Origin: Lama guanicoe
Taxonomy: Eukaryota
Length of the DNA: 64,000 bases
Direction: 5' to 3'
Assembly: GCA_013239625.1 (NCBI GenBank)
Contig: MU053881.1
Location: forward strand, 6,161,957-6,225,956
Shown: positions 13,101-25,740 of the stretch, one piece after another
Numbering within the stretch: position 1 is the first letter of the stretch
How the letters are laid out: each line of letters begins with the position of its first letter
The notes under the pieces: model-generated
What the model was told of the DNA's origin: nothing
Seen by the model: the letters and a program-made list of their open reading frames with translations, nothing else
The model's database searches: none
Translations under genes and position numbers: made by a program

Positions 13101-13630
13101 CTAATACAATTTTTGCTTCTCATTCCCTTATCTTTGGGTTTTGTTGGTCTAGAGGTCTTAGTTCCTAAGGAAGGAATGCTTCCACCAGGGGACATAGCAA
13201 TGATTCCATTAAACTGGAAACTGAGGCTTGTGCCTGGCCACTGAAGTCTCCTCAGGCAAAATGGGAGTTTCTGTACTGGCTAGGGTGATTGATCTTGACT
13301 ATCAAAGGGAAACTGGGTTGCTAGTACACAATGGAGTCAGGAGGACTACGTCTGGAATGCAGTCATTCCCCTGGGAAGCATCTTAGTTCTCCCATGACCT
13401 ATGATAAAATGTAATGAAAAACTACCTCAACTCAATAGCTCAGTATTAAAATTACAGGATGTCAAAGGTAGAGTGTGACTTAGCTAATAATCCAAAAGAC
13501 GGGCTTTTATACTTTCTTTTTCATAGAGGGTTAGCATGTTTTTATTGTATGGGGGATAGTGGCCACGTGTTAGCCAGAGGTATGATTCTACTGCTGTCTT
13601 TATTTAGAAGATAACTATGGTTAATAGACA
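10200..13630 (+). mobile_element. Degenerate ERV-L pol: RT, RNase H, integrase and dUTPase remnants
   Basis: Recognisable fragments IVNQRQYHVPG, LPQGYIN, SIDDIMLIG (YIDD-type RT motif), VKFLGVQW, and dUTPase EVLVPKEGMLPPGDIAMIPLNWKLRL...VIDLDYQ...LVHNG near 13150-13335; frameshifts and stops throughout. Confidence 0.88.
11549..12064 (+). mobile_element. MLT1-type LTR nested in the ERV-L pol
   Basis: 3' end gccactaagttttggagtggttagttatatagcgatagataactgata is typical of MLT1; it interrupts the pol homology. Confidence 0.75.
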
Positions 13631-13640
13631 TGAGGTGAAC

Positions 13641-14075
13641 TGTGGTGGTTTTGCAGGGTGCTAACCTGGTTAACTGGAACTATGTTACTTGGAATTCCCT
13701 TCCCTTAACTCTTAGGTTAAGGGCAGCCATAAGAAAAATGTGCATGAGGTTTGGACGATGAGAGTGAAACAGTCGCCATCAAGGCCTAAAGATGAATAGA
13801 GGGTTCCAGGTGCTGCTGCTGTTGGCTTATGTTGTCACACATTGGCTGGTTCCTTGGCTCTTTGCATCTTCTTCAGTTCTGGGTCCTGAGCCAGGTGCAT
13901 GTGCAGCTTCTTCTGCATGTCACTCATGGCATCAAGGATGGAGGCTCTGAAAAACAGATGTGAGTTCCAGTATGTCTTCATGGCTTCCAGTTTGTCCCTT
14001 CTCTCTTCTGCTTCACATTCACTTTTTATTCCCAACATCTAGCCTTGTGGATCCACAACAACTTCAGTCCAACAA
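13641..14075 (+). mobile_element. ERV-L class LTR (LTR33-like)
   Basis: Follows the ERV-L 3' internal region and a purine-rich PPT-like stretch, starts TG, contains ggaactatgtt...gaattcccttccc. Family uncertain. Confidence 0.5.
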
Positions 14076-14199
14076 TTAGACACAAAACCTTCCATAGGAA
14101 GCTGTCTTCACTGGCTCCCCTTTGTGGTCCTTGGCTAATGACTTCTTTCTGATCCTCTCACTGTCCCCTTCCAGACTTCTGTCTGTCCCAGCTAACCCT

Positions 14200-14619
14200 A
14201 ACCTGCCCCTGCCTCTGAAAATTTCTCTGAAAAACAAGACAACAGTGGAGTTGCTTATGCTAAGCCCCATGTCACCAAACCAAGACTAGACTTCATTACC
14301 GTTTCAGCTTTCCCAGAAATGGAATCTCAAACCAGTCAATCAGGAATTGTGATCAACCAGTGATCAGCACTAGTTAGGTAATCTGCCTGATAGACCCCTG
14401 CCATCCCCTAAAGGAAAGTAACCTTGCAATAACCAACCCACTCTTTTGCCTGATATAACTTCTTTGTTCCTGCTCCCTTCTGTCTATAAAAGTGTTTCAT
14501 TTTGTACAGCTCCTTGGAGCTCCTTTCTATGTGCTAGAGTGGATGTTGACCGATTCAAATAGATTTTTGCTCAAAAACACTCTTAAAATTTTCCATATGA
14601 CTCAGTTTATCTTTTAGCA
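14200..14619 (+). mobile_element. ERV1-class LTR (MER34/MER39-like)
   Basis: TATA-like ctataaaag, then gctcaaaaacactcttaaaatttt...tttatcttttagca terminus typical of MER34-group LTRs. 5' boundary uncertain. Confidence 0.55.
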
Positions 14620-15773
14620 TTTCAAACACACTTATATTTAAAATTATTTATTATTTCTGCAATTCAAATTTAACTGGATGTCCTGTATTTTTATTTGCTA
14701 AATTTGGCAGTTTTAATTGAGGAACAACAAACAATGATGTCTGGTATTACATATAGAATTACTATAGAAGTACCTGGTCATTTGTTCTGCTTAGAGAAAG
14801 ACATAGCCAGAGGTGCAGACCTATAGTGATTCATGGGTAGCTAACTGGTAGGATTAGAAAAATCATCTATTTTAATTCCTAATGAAATAATAGATCCAGA
14901 TCATAATCACAAGGGACACTCATTAGGTGGAGTATTGGTGAGACTCTTTATAATGCAGGGACCAAGGCCACACCACTTGAACCCAATGCTCAATCTTAGA
15001 CTCTCGGAAAATAGGTAACAGACAGTATATGCATGACAGTGTGATGCAACAGGAAGCACACAAAGGTGCCTGTGAGCTCCACTGCCAACAGACAAATGGA
15101 ACCTGAATCTAATCAGGTCTTGAGAATAACTACCAGCTTTCAGGAAATAATAGGGAATAGTGGAACAAGTTAGATGATATCAAGAGAACACAATCAACCA
15201 AATCTAAAATATGAAACATTCTATACTTTAAAAATAATTTGGTTTCTCTAACAAATCAAAGCATGAAAAAGAAAGGTGGAGGCTATGTTGGATAAAAGAG
15301 GCTTATGAGACCAAACAACCATGTGGGGCCTTGTTTGGATTCTGAATCAAATAAACCAAATATAAACAGCATCTTTGACCATTGGCTGGTGTTGAATACC
15401 TTATGACTAATCGAAGAAATGAGATCCATGGTTACAAGTTTTATACATAATACTGTTTCTTTTTTTCTCGTCCTCTCTCACCTCCTGTATTATATAGAGT
15501 AAGTTAAGATACTTAATACAGCATTGTAGTAAGTTTTATTATTTAGCACATAGATTTCCAGGCATCAATAGGTGATTATACTGAAAGAGGAATGAATTAT
15601 CACTTAGAGATGCATGCAGTGACATTTGCGCCTCCTTTCTAGGATAAGCTCATTTTTGTTTGTATGAGGTATGAGTCCATTAAGAAAGAATGTTGGTTTT
15701 GGCTGTTATTTTTGTTTGCAAGATTTGTTGATAGAAGACTGTATATGGATGCTGCATTGCCAAAAGGGTGGAT

Positions 15774-16349
15774 TGTAGCAGACAGTACAGATTGGCTCAT
15801 TTAGCTCCATTCCAACCACTTTGTATTATGTCTTGCTGCCTGCTAAAAGCTGGAAAGCAAAACACTACATTTCCCAGACTCCCTTACAGCTAGAATTTTT
15901 CAGATGACCTACCTTTTGTTGAGCAGTGTGCCCATGTGAAGTTAGGACAGTAGAAATATTCTGTGGCACATGCCATAATTCTACTGTTTTTGCCAGCAAG
16001 CACAGTCCTAGAGGCATTTAGAGTTTCTATGGCATTTGTAGTGAAAGACCAAGGTCCAATTCCAGTTTTACGGGTGTTTAGAGGCATTCATTTTGACAGT
16101 GAAAATCAGGACAAAGGCACTGTGAGCCTAGAACCTGCAATTGTGATGATGAATTTCTTATTCCCAGCTTCCCAGTATGACAGAGGTGGCTGGCTCCCTC
16201 GGTGAGCCAGTTCTGTAATGTGGTTCTGAATTCATTTCTGGGAGCTCAATAGCTTTCCAAATCTTCTAGTGATTTTATAATAACTGGTAATAAATCTGTT
16301 TCCAGCTAGAGTGGATTCTGTTATCTGCAATGGAATCTTGACCCATACA
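15774..16349 (+). mobile_element. ERV-L class LTR (LTR16/LTR33-like) preceded by 3' internal remnant
   Basis: PPT-like aaaagggtggat|TGTAG start, actacatttcccagactccctt motif, aataaa, ends ...CATACA. Confidence 0.65.
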
Positions 16350-17009
16350 ATTGGTAATACCCAGAGTTAGTGTGGGTTCAAGGAAACAAACCCTTTCACA
16401 TTCCAGTGATTGGAATATAAATTGATTAATCGTTATAGTATTTCTCGTATCTTTAAAATCTTATCCTTTGATCCCGTAATTAATTCTAGAGCTGTATCCT
16501 AAGAAAATAACCAGAGATGCACTAGAAGGTTTGTAATACATATAAACAATGACAGTATTTGGCAGTTGTTCAAAACAATGTTTCAAACCACAGTGAATGA
16601 TATGGGAAGTATTCAAGATGTCATGTTAAATGAAAAAGGCAGTCTATATGCATACATATTTCAGTATTATGGATGAAATGACATGATGCTTGAATGTGTT
16701 GAAGATACTTCAGCAAAAAATAAATAAATAAATAAAAGCAATTGAGGGAGATAGATGAGACACAATTGTCAAACTGTTGATAATTACTGAAGCCAGGTGC
16801 TGGGCACATGGAGATTCATTATAGTTTTCCCTTTACCTCTTTTGTATGTTTGAGACTTTCCATAACATGAAGTTTTTAAAATTTAAGGAGAAAACAAAGC
16901 AGAAAATAAAATTATATATATAGTATGTGCCCAATTTTATATTTGTATATACACATATGTATGTGTATATACATACACACATATACACAGAAAAGAGACT
17001 AAAAAATAT

Positions 17010-17380
17010 GTCAATGTGAAAAGATCAGTGGCTGCTAAGTGTTGGGGGGCAGGGAGGGATGACCAGATAGAGCACAGAGGACTTTTAGGGTAGTGGAATC
17101 ATTCTGTATGTGACACTATAATGGTAGATACTTGACTTTATACAGTTGTCCAAACTTATAGAATGTGTAACACTCAAGAGGGAAACATATGTCAACTGCA
17201 GACTGTGGGTGATGATGGGCTGGTATAGGCCCATCAATCGTAAGAAATGCCCCGCTGTGGGCATGATGATGAGGAAGGCTGTGGTATGTAGGGGCAGGGC
17301 ATATATGGGAAATCTCTGTATCTCACTCAACTTCGCTGTAAACCTAAAACTTGTCTAAAAAATACACTATTAAAAAAATA
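17010..17380 (+). mobile_element. Old L1 (L1M) 3' end fragment
   Basis: agatcagtggctgc...atatgggaaatctctgta...ctgtaaacctaaaac followed by an A-rich tail. Confidence 0.75.
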
Positions 17381-20300
17381 CATCAAAATGTTAACAGAAT
17401 TTATCCCTGGGTTGTGGGATTAGCCTAATGTTGATATTTTGAATTATGTATGTGTTATCAAATTGTGTATTATAAGTATTAAATCAAAGGGTGTTGGTTT
17501 AAATCAAACTAACCCCCAAGATAATTTAGAAATTACTTTGACTGCAAGAATGCCACATTTTGTTTAGTAAGTCTGACCGGTAAAGATCAGTGGTCGAAGG
17601 GGCCACTTAAGGGTCTCCTAGAACAAGGAAAAAGTTATTCTCAGCCAGTGACAAGAGTAAGCTTCCACACACAATGGTGCAGATGAGCTGTCTGGGGACG
17701 AGAAGCACATGAGATGGCTTGTTTACAGATTGGCGGGTTTAGCAGCAATCCAGTTACACTCCAAGTAACTAGAAACAGTGCACAGTCTCAGAGAGTGAGG
17801 AAGGAATGTACTCATAACTTAGAAGCTTAAAGCCAGACCCTTTGTTCCCTGCGCTGCCTGATGGGAATCAAAAGGGATTCTATCCTGCCTGGGTAGGGAT
17901 GGCCAGGGATGTATAAACGGCGCTGGCCTCTCTCCATGCAGGGCTGCCTATCTGGAAATAATGTGTTGATCTTATTCCTGTTTTCATAGATGCTTTTCTG
18001 TAATTTAATTCACTGAAATTCTGCTTCTTTGTCCAGTTAATCCAGCAGATATTTATGAAGTCTTACTGTGTGCCAGGTGAGAGGAGAGAGAAATCACAGA
18101 CAACTCCTAGGTTTGAGGGCTGCATGACTAATGGTCCACAAATGGAGATGAGAAGACCTGGGGGTAAGTCATGTTTGGACTGGGAGTGCTAAGACAAGAG
18201 TCTGTTCTGGAGGTGCGAAATGTATAATGCCCGTTAGTTGTTGTCGGGAGGCGGCTGGATGTAGGAGCCTTGGGGGTTGGGGGAGAGGACAGGGATAGAA
18301 AGAGAATTCCTGGGGGTTCGGTCAGCGCACATCAGTGTCCTGAGCTAGGTTCACCGTCAGTATTCAGATTCTGAAAGCCTGAGGATCTGCCCCTGTCTTG
18401 CGATGACCCTTCCCTGAGGAGTAGATTCCTCTCCTCGCTGAGCTCTGCTCTCTTGGTGAGTTAGAAGAGTGAAAAACTTACAGAGTAACAGCAGAGGGCG
18501 CTGTGAAACTAAACTGCTCCTAAAGCCCAGTAAACATTTATGACGTACCAGATCAGTTTTAGCTCACTGACATATTAAAATAATTGAAAGTCTCTACCAT
18601 TTCTTGGCTTGTAACCTAAAATAAATCAGAATCTTTAATAGTTAACTTGAAACAGCACAAGCTTTGTCCTGAAATGCATATAAATACAGTTAACAAATAT
18701 TAAAGAACAAACCGATTTACATGATGGAGTTTATCTTTGAAGACTTCCTTAAATTCGCAGTGATTAGCAAAGAGCTGGCATTTCAGGAAGGATTTATTTT
18801 ACGCTTAACTAGACGCAGAGTAAAATTCTGACCAAGTATTCTCTGAGCAAGAGTTGAGAATAAAATATGGACATTCATGGCAGTAAACGTCTTCATTGAC
18901 AAGTGATATTAGTAACTTTTCCCTCCCAACATGGTATAAAGTAGTTCTGATGACACAAATTACTCGTAGGGCTTGAATGACATTAAACCAAAGGACAACA
19001 AAGGGCAAAGTAGTAAATATATGTGCAGTTCAAAATTTAAAAATAAATTTATTTATGCATTCACTTGCAGCTTCCCACAGGATTAAATGAGATAGCTTGC
19101 CTAGTACTTGTGAAATACTTAGCACAGAGCCCGGCACACAGCAGCCACTCCAGAAATGCTAGCTCCTTTGCTCTCTTTATTGATTCTCTTCTCAATTTAC
19201 TTCTTATAAAAAATATTGTATTTCCCACGTAGATTAGTAACATTAAATCTCACTCTCTATTATTGATTTGGCATGTTAGGAACGCAAAAGATAAGATGCA
19301 GGGGCTCCTGGCAGAGAAAAGCAAACTTTCAATTGAGAAATCATTCTGTGGGTTTACTGTTGTTGCTGTTTGTTTCTGATAATGTGCAATTACAGAAATT
19401 TACCAAGATCCTTTTAAGCGGGCCATGTCCTGCTTTCAGAGTCAGTTTGCTCAGGCATAGATCAACTCAGAGACTGACTGTCGCCTTGTTATTGAATTAG
19501 AGCGATATTTTTGACAAGTACGGCAGCCACATCATCACTTTAATCACCCGATAATCCACTGTGTCTCTTTATGCTAATAAATAAAACATCCTTCGTTAAA
19601 TATTTCCTAGTAAGCAATAGCAGACCTGTAATCTCCACCCCTATATGTTACAAAGTAAAATGATATAACAGTAATCAAATCAAATCAAATCATGTCTAGG
19701 AGTTTTATAGACAACTAATAGCTCTGATTGCAAAGTGCACATCAGATACCCATCGCAGGGTGCTTTTCTCTTTAATATAATGGACTATGCATATTTCACT
19801 AACTGTCTCATGATATCAAATGAATTTAACAAGATGATTATGTAGGTCAAATTACTTAGTAAGTTCTTTTTAGAATGGCTTTTAGACCTATTATGACTTT
19901 TAATGGTGCAATTTGTTAAATGATTGGAATTTCTAGAATCCTGCCTGCAAGTGCCTGTCACAGACACTTGCTCTGCCCTGGTGATCTATTTTTAACACCT
20001 ACTTCTCGCTGGTGGCAATTGAAACAAAAACGACCACCGAAGAGCGACTTCTCCCGGCTCAATTCCTCATTTTCAATTATTTAAACTGCTTCCTTATTGC
20101 CAAATTATTATCTGAATATCCTACTTTCTAGAGTAGCCTGCTGACCAAATTTCTTTTACCTCAATATGAAGATGTCCTGAGAGTTCTTTTTTCCCCCCTA
20201 AATATTAAATGTGACCCTGCTTAATTTATCTCAGGAACTATAGACAAAATATTACCAAAGTTTAAACTTTTTAAAGTAGTGAGTTAATTCTTTTGTTGTA

Positions 20301-23300
20301 CCTCTGTGATGGTAAATTTAAAGGAAAAACTAATGATATACAATAGAAATACTCAGTCTTTGCCCTGTTAGTATTGTCTCTGTCTGGATTATATTTGCAG
20401 GTATTTTGATTTTACTCAGTTTAAGAAAGCCTGCTATTCAAGTTAAGTTTTTAAAAATTTCCTACCAAAAATCACATACTAATCTTTTTATTTCCTATCT
20501 TTAAAAGTTATTTTATTCAGTGACTTGAAAATGCCTTCATGTAACAATTAGAAATCAACATCCCTTTTAAAACTAACCTTCTGTGTCTGGTTTCGCCACA
20601 CCTTACATGGACATTCTCCTAAAACTTCAAGTAGCCTTAAAATCGTAGTGCTTCCTGGTAATTCTGCTCAGTAACAGAAAGCTTCACATCCCAAAGTTTG
20701 ATATTCTTCTTACTGTAGAGCAGAGAGCATTCTGGGGCAGAAGAAGTTCCAGATGCATTTGGAAGATGGTGGTTCTGTTTGTTCTCCACCCCTGGACTCA
20801 TGAGATGACCCTGTGAGAGTCCCATGGCCCCTCAGCCTCTGGTCACAGCTTGGAAATGAGGCTAACAACTCTTGATTCCTGCTCCTTGGGGTCATTAGAA
20901 GGCTTAATGAGCTCATCGTGCACATTCTCATTTCTCTTTCATGCCTTCAGTGAGGCCTAGGAAGCGGGCCGAGTAAAAGCAGGCTATGGAAGACTGCTTG
21001 TATGTCTGGGTGAAACTCAACCGTAGAGCAGTGTTATTTAATTTTTCTACTTCTTTCAGTTCAATGGATACAACATTCACAGCCCTCTCTAAGCCCATCA
21101 ACCACAAAAACTTAATTAGATATTGTATCTCCTTGGTTTAAAATAGTATTTAATTTTGCATAATGTGTTCAGCCAAAATATTAGGATTCCCTAAACAGAA
21201 ATGTTCCCTCTATTTTTTCCCCTCGGGCTTTTATTTCAATTTTTTTGTAGCTTTTAAAAAAATTGTTCTCCTTAAAGTATGATTTCGGCAGTTTCCCTCT
21301 GTGAAACATCACCAACTCCCCTGCTACCGCTACTTAATTGAAGATGTAATCCCCACTTAGTGACTATGCAGCCTCCCAGATACCAAGTGCGGCAACGAGT
21401 AAATATTAACATTCTGGTTAAATGTGCGCTAACTCTTATTCCTTTCCCCCCACAAATTGTCTTCCAGCTCCTCCGAGTGTCATCTAAAGTGAGATGATAT
21501 TAACTGAGACTTACATGGGGCTTGGAGCACTGGAGTTGAAATTAATGGGCAAATATCCTTCTCACTTACAGAGTAAATGAGCACTCCATCTTTGGGCCAT
21601 TCCCGGGTGTTACAGACAGGCTCAGACAGAGGGGGCACATCCAATGAAGAATGCCACACTTCAGGCCAAATGCAAGCCCTTTTCTTGCTTGATGGACCCA
21701 AAATAAAATTAAAACAAATTTCAAAATGAATAAGCAACCCTCAGAACACAATGGGTCGGGGCTGCATCAAACCCGGCCCGCGTTGGCCTCTCACTGAGTT
21801 TTCCAAAACACTTCGGCGCTGTTTCAATCCCTGGGAATCCTTGTGTTCAGTGAATTTGCTTTTTTGTTGCAAGACATCGCAGTGTCATCTATGGGATGAA
21901 CACTGAGGCTGATGTGACAGGACACCCCGGGCTTCCAACCCAGGTAGCTCAAAACAGAGCCCAGTTCAGGTGGAAACTTGAGTAGCTGGTTTGCCTTCCT
22001 TGTGGCCGACCTTGATGGCTCCCTGAAGAAACGTTCATCTCTCAGATGACAGCAGAGGGCACCAGAGTCTACCACAAGGCCAAGTAAGGCTCTCAACGTC
22101 CTTTCACCACGAATGTGCGGCATCTAAAGCTCAGGAACATCGCGATTTTTTTTTTAAAGAGATTTTTATCCTCCAATCATCTTGTCTGTGCAAGCTTGCT
22201 GTTAGGGAGACTGGCTGGAGGACGCCCTCCTTGCATTCCGATCTGCATGGAGGTGGTTCTGGCGCGCACGTCCCTTTAGCGTCTACACGTTCGTGTACAT
22301 AAACCCATATAGATCATTTTTAATCAAAACTGGAAGAAAAAGTATTGTACAACAGCAGCCTCAATCCTTCTGAGGGCCCTGTGCCGGAGATCTTAAGGGG
22401 TTTTGTGAACATCTGCTCAGTATCAGTCCCCTACGAAGAAATTATTCTTACGTTCATTTGAAAGACAGGTAAAGTAACAGTCAGACTGCCAAGGCCACTT
22501 GCTCCAAATGACAAAAGCAGACTCCATCAGTGAAATGATAAAGCATGGGAGTGCAGTTAGCAAAGGCTTTCAGAGTCAGACAAGCATTCATTTGTTATTC
22601 CAAATAGCATTTAAGGCTGACTTTAGTTATGGAGGCCAAAAACCATGGTTAAAAGGCCGCTTCTTTCCTGAAGCACCTGGGAAGCTTCCAGGCCATTAAC
22701 CGTGCTCAGTGGCAGCTTCAGTTTATTCTGAAAACATTTGTTACGGAGGAAGACATAGGAAGTGAGTCACATCGCTTCCTGGCCCGTCAAAATGTGGGAG
22801 CTGGATCTAGCTGTGTCCTGAGCATGAAAATTCCGTCCTTATCAGAGGGGCCCTGCCAGGCCTCTGTCCTGGGCTTTCTCTAATAGAAGAGTCTGGAAAG
22901 GATTAATTTTAGGATAAGGCTCTTTGCTGCTTTCTTCGTTTGATTCTCCTTTGCATTCCATTGAGGGGCTTAGAGTGTGACATTTTGCAAACTCAGGTTT
23001 ATAAGATACATTTAACTGTTTCGCTCCACAGCAAGTCAGTTTCTTTTATGGGCACCATTTTGCCAAAGGGCAGGAAGTTCATCTCAATCAAGTCTTGATT
23101 TCAATGGGTTGCTCTCAATTTGGGGAGGCTACGGAGCATCAGGGCAAGCCAGACATTTGTCTTCAGCCACTGTCCTAGCATGCTGCATCCGGGGTGATGA
23201 CCATTATCTAACTTTGGTCTTGGGCCCATGAAGGATGCTGCCATAGTATCATTCTTGACCATAAGGCCCCTCTGGATATCCCTCTGAGCTCATCCAGACA

Positions 23301-24260
23301 CCCCTCCTCCTGTGGCATATGGGAGTCATCTTACATAGCTCCTCTGCTGCCTGGGGTGCAGGACACTCTGGAAGGTGGCCTCAGGCCCATCTGTCTACTA
23401 CACAGCCATTTGTGCCACAGTACTTTGAACGGGAAGCAGGGCACAGGCTTCCCTGGGACAGACTTATCCCAGAAATCTGAATTTTCTGCTGTCCCCTTAT
23501 TTGCAGCTTCATTTTGTTCCCTTATCCAGCCTGAGAAGCTTCAGCCAGCTTTGCTCTGTGTGACTTCTTACCTCCTCTCCCAAACCTACTGCTCAGGCTC
23601 ATAGTCCCCCTCAGAGCTTGGACTTTGAAACTCAAAAGATTTTTCTTCATCCTCCTACTGTGACATCCCTTCCCTGAGGCGAGGATGCCACCTGGTCTTA
23701 TTAACTGAATGAAGGAAAGAGTTGAGGGCAAGGCAGGGTACAAGGAATTACAGGAAGAGAAAAACCTCAGTTGAAAAATTCAAATTATTCTCTTAGCCCA
23801 TATACATTAAAATCAATCATTCATTAAAATATAAATAGAGAATCAGAGACAAAGAAAGTGCAATAGACGTAGAAAATCAAGCCCAGAGGAAAGAAAAGAA
23901 TTTAACCTACAGCTCATGTGGAAAACATATAACTGAGCTTAAAATTTGTCTCTGAGCTTCCTGGCAGCCAAAGGGAAAAAAAAAAAGGAGATACAGTCAG
24001 TTATATATTCTTATTTTCAAAACAGAAAATATACAAATTCATCAAGAGAAATAAAGAGGTTTTATTTTGCTCTGGATTTCAAAAGAACTGTCACTTGGGA
24101 CCTTGCAATGGCAGCCCCAGGGAAATATGAGGAAGTTGACATCAGGGCAATGCAGAAATGAGCTGCAGGCTTTTCTGTAGCTCTGGTTACTCCAGACCAG
24201 AAGCTTGAGTCAGAGCAGAAGGGTTGCTTGGCTGGCTTGGCATCGTATTAGCTAGCTTGC

Positions 24261-24346
24261 TCCTTCCTTCCTTCCTTCCATCCTTCCTTCCTTCCTTCCT
24301 TCCTCCCTTCCTCCCTCCATCCCTCCCTCCCTTCCTCTTTCTTTCT
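24261..24346. repeat. (TTCC)n/(TCCC)n microsatellite
   Basis: Directly visible tandem tetranucleotide. Confidence 0.95.
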
Positions 24347-25209
24347 ATTTATTCCCTTTAAAAAAACATTTTAAAGTATTAAATTTTGGAATTGATTTTT
24401 TAAAAATACACACAGGGGAAGAAAAAAAAGAAAATTCAAACACCAAGAAGGAGCACAGTGGTGAAAAGTCTGTCATTCTCCATTCTTATCTCCCAGCCTC
24501 CAACTCCCCTCCCCACCGCAGTCTTAAAGCCAGTTCCTCCATCCTTCCATCCAGAGTTGATCTGTGCATGAGTTTACAGTATTTAGCCTATCTCATCTTT
24601 TTTTTTAATAGAAATGTAAGTTACTGTGAACACCATTCTGTTCCCTTTCTTTTCTCTTTGCAGTCTTGTGAGGTAACTATGTTTCGGTCTGTTTTTTTAA
24701 TGGTTGCGTAGTATTCCATGGCGTAATTATTCTGTATGCTATTGAATGTCTCCTGTTGATATTCATTTAGGTTGTTTAAAATGGGTTGCTTTTTTAAGTG
24801 GTGCTGCAATGAATTACCTTGATGGCAACAGCAGAGCATTAAACCAAGTGCAGGCCTCTTCCAAACTCGGGGCCCGGTGCGACCACACAGATTACACACC
24901 CACAAAGCTGGTCCTGCAAGTGGGTAGAACAGAACAATGGAATATCAGGTAATCATTAAAACATGACAAGCCTGAGACATGCACCAGGACAGGAAAACAC
25001 ACATGAAAAAACCCCATCAAACTGTTGTTGCACACAGCCTGTAACTTCACAGACATGGATATGCTTGAGGTAACAGAGACCAGACGTGTTGTTTTGGCAT
25101 CTCAGAAGATAGAGCTGAGGCACCAAGAATTATTAGTTAAACCATATGAACTTGCTCCGGTTAGAGCTGGCAATTTCACAGGGCTCTGTGTAGCTAACCC
25201 CACCTTGCT

Positions 25210-25740
25210 CTGTTCAGGCTTCCCCAAAAGCAGCCACTGAGACAAGGGCTGTGGTGGGAGTAGTTATTTGGCAGTGATCCTAGGAGGCAATGGCATGAGA
25301 GTAGGTAAGAGAGATGGGAAAAGAAGGCGGCCAATAAAAGGTGTGTTTTCAAGCTAGTTCCCACTGTGGGCAGCTGGAGTTCATTGTCTAGGAGATGGGA
25401 GAATACACCTCTTCACCTAGGGCCGGGCAGCGGGGGTAGTAATCCGCCATCTCCCTGCCCATCATTGGTTGAGGGCAATAAGCAATACCTCTCTCCTTGG
25501 AGCATGGGCAACAGAGCACGAGCTCCCATGACCGGGGGAAAAGCCCACAGGCTGAGAGGCACAGGTGTGGACCCCAAGGAGAAGGATGCTGTCACAGAGT
25601 TGTTGGAGTCTCCAGGCCATATCTGCTCCCCCGGGTAGTCGCCTCCCTGTGCCCACAGCCACAGTCACGTGAAAGGGTCAGCCGCCATGGATGGGTACGG
25701 GTAAGCTCACACAGGTGGCAGCATCCACATCAGCACTAAC
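25210..25740. mobile_element. Old MaLR LTR (MLT1-type)
   Basis: ctgagacaaggg...gtagttatttggcagtgatcctagg motif resembles old MLT1 LTRs; subfamily and strand uncertain. Confidence 0.45.

Noticed and set aside
10200..13400. Functional reverse transcriptase, retron-like system or domesticated pol gene
   Set aside because: Numerous stops and frameshifts, the catalytic YIDD is altered to SIDD, and an LTR interrupts it.
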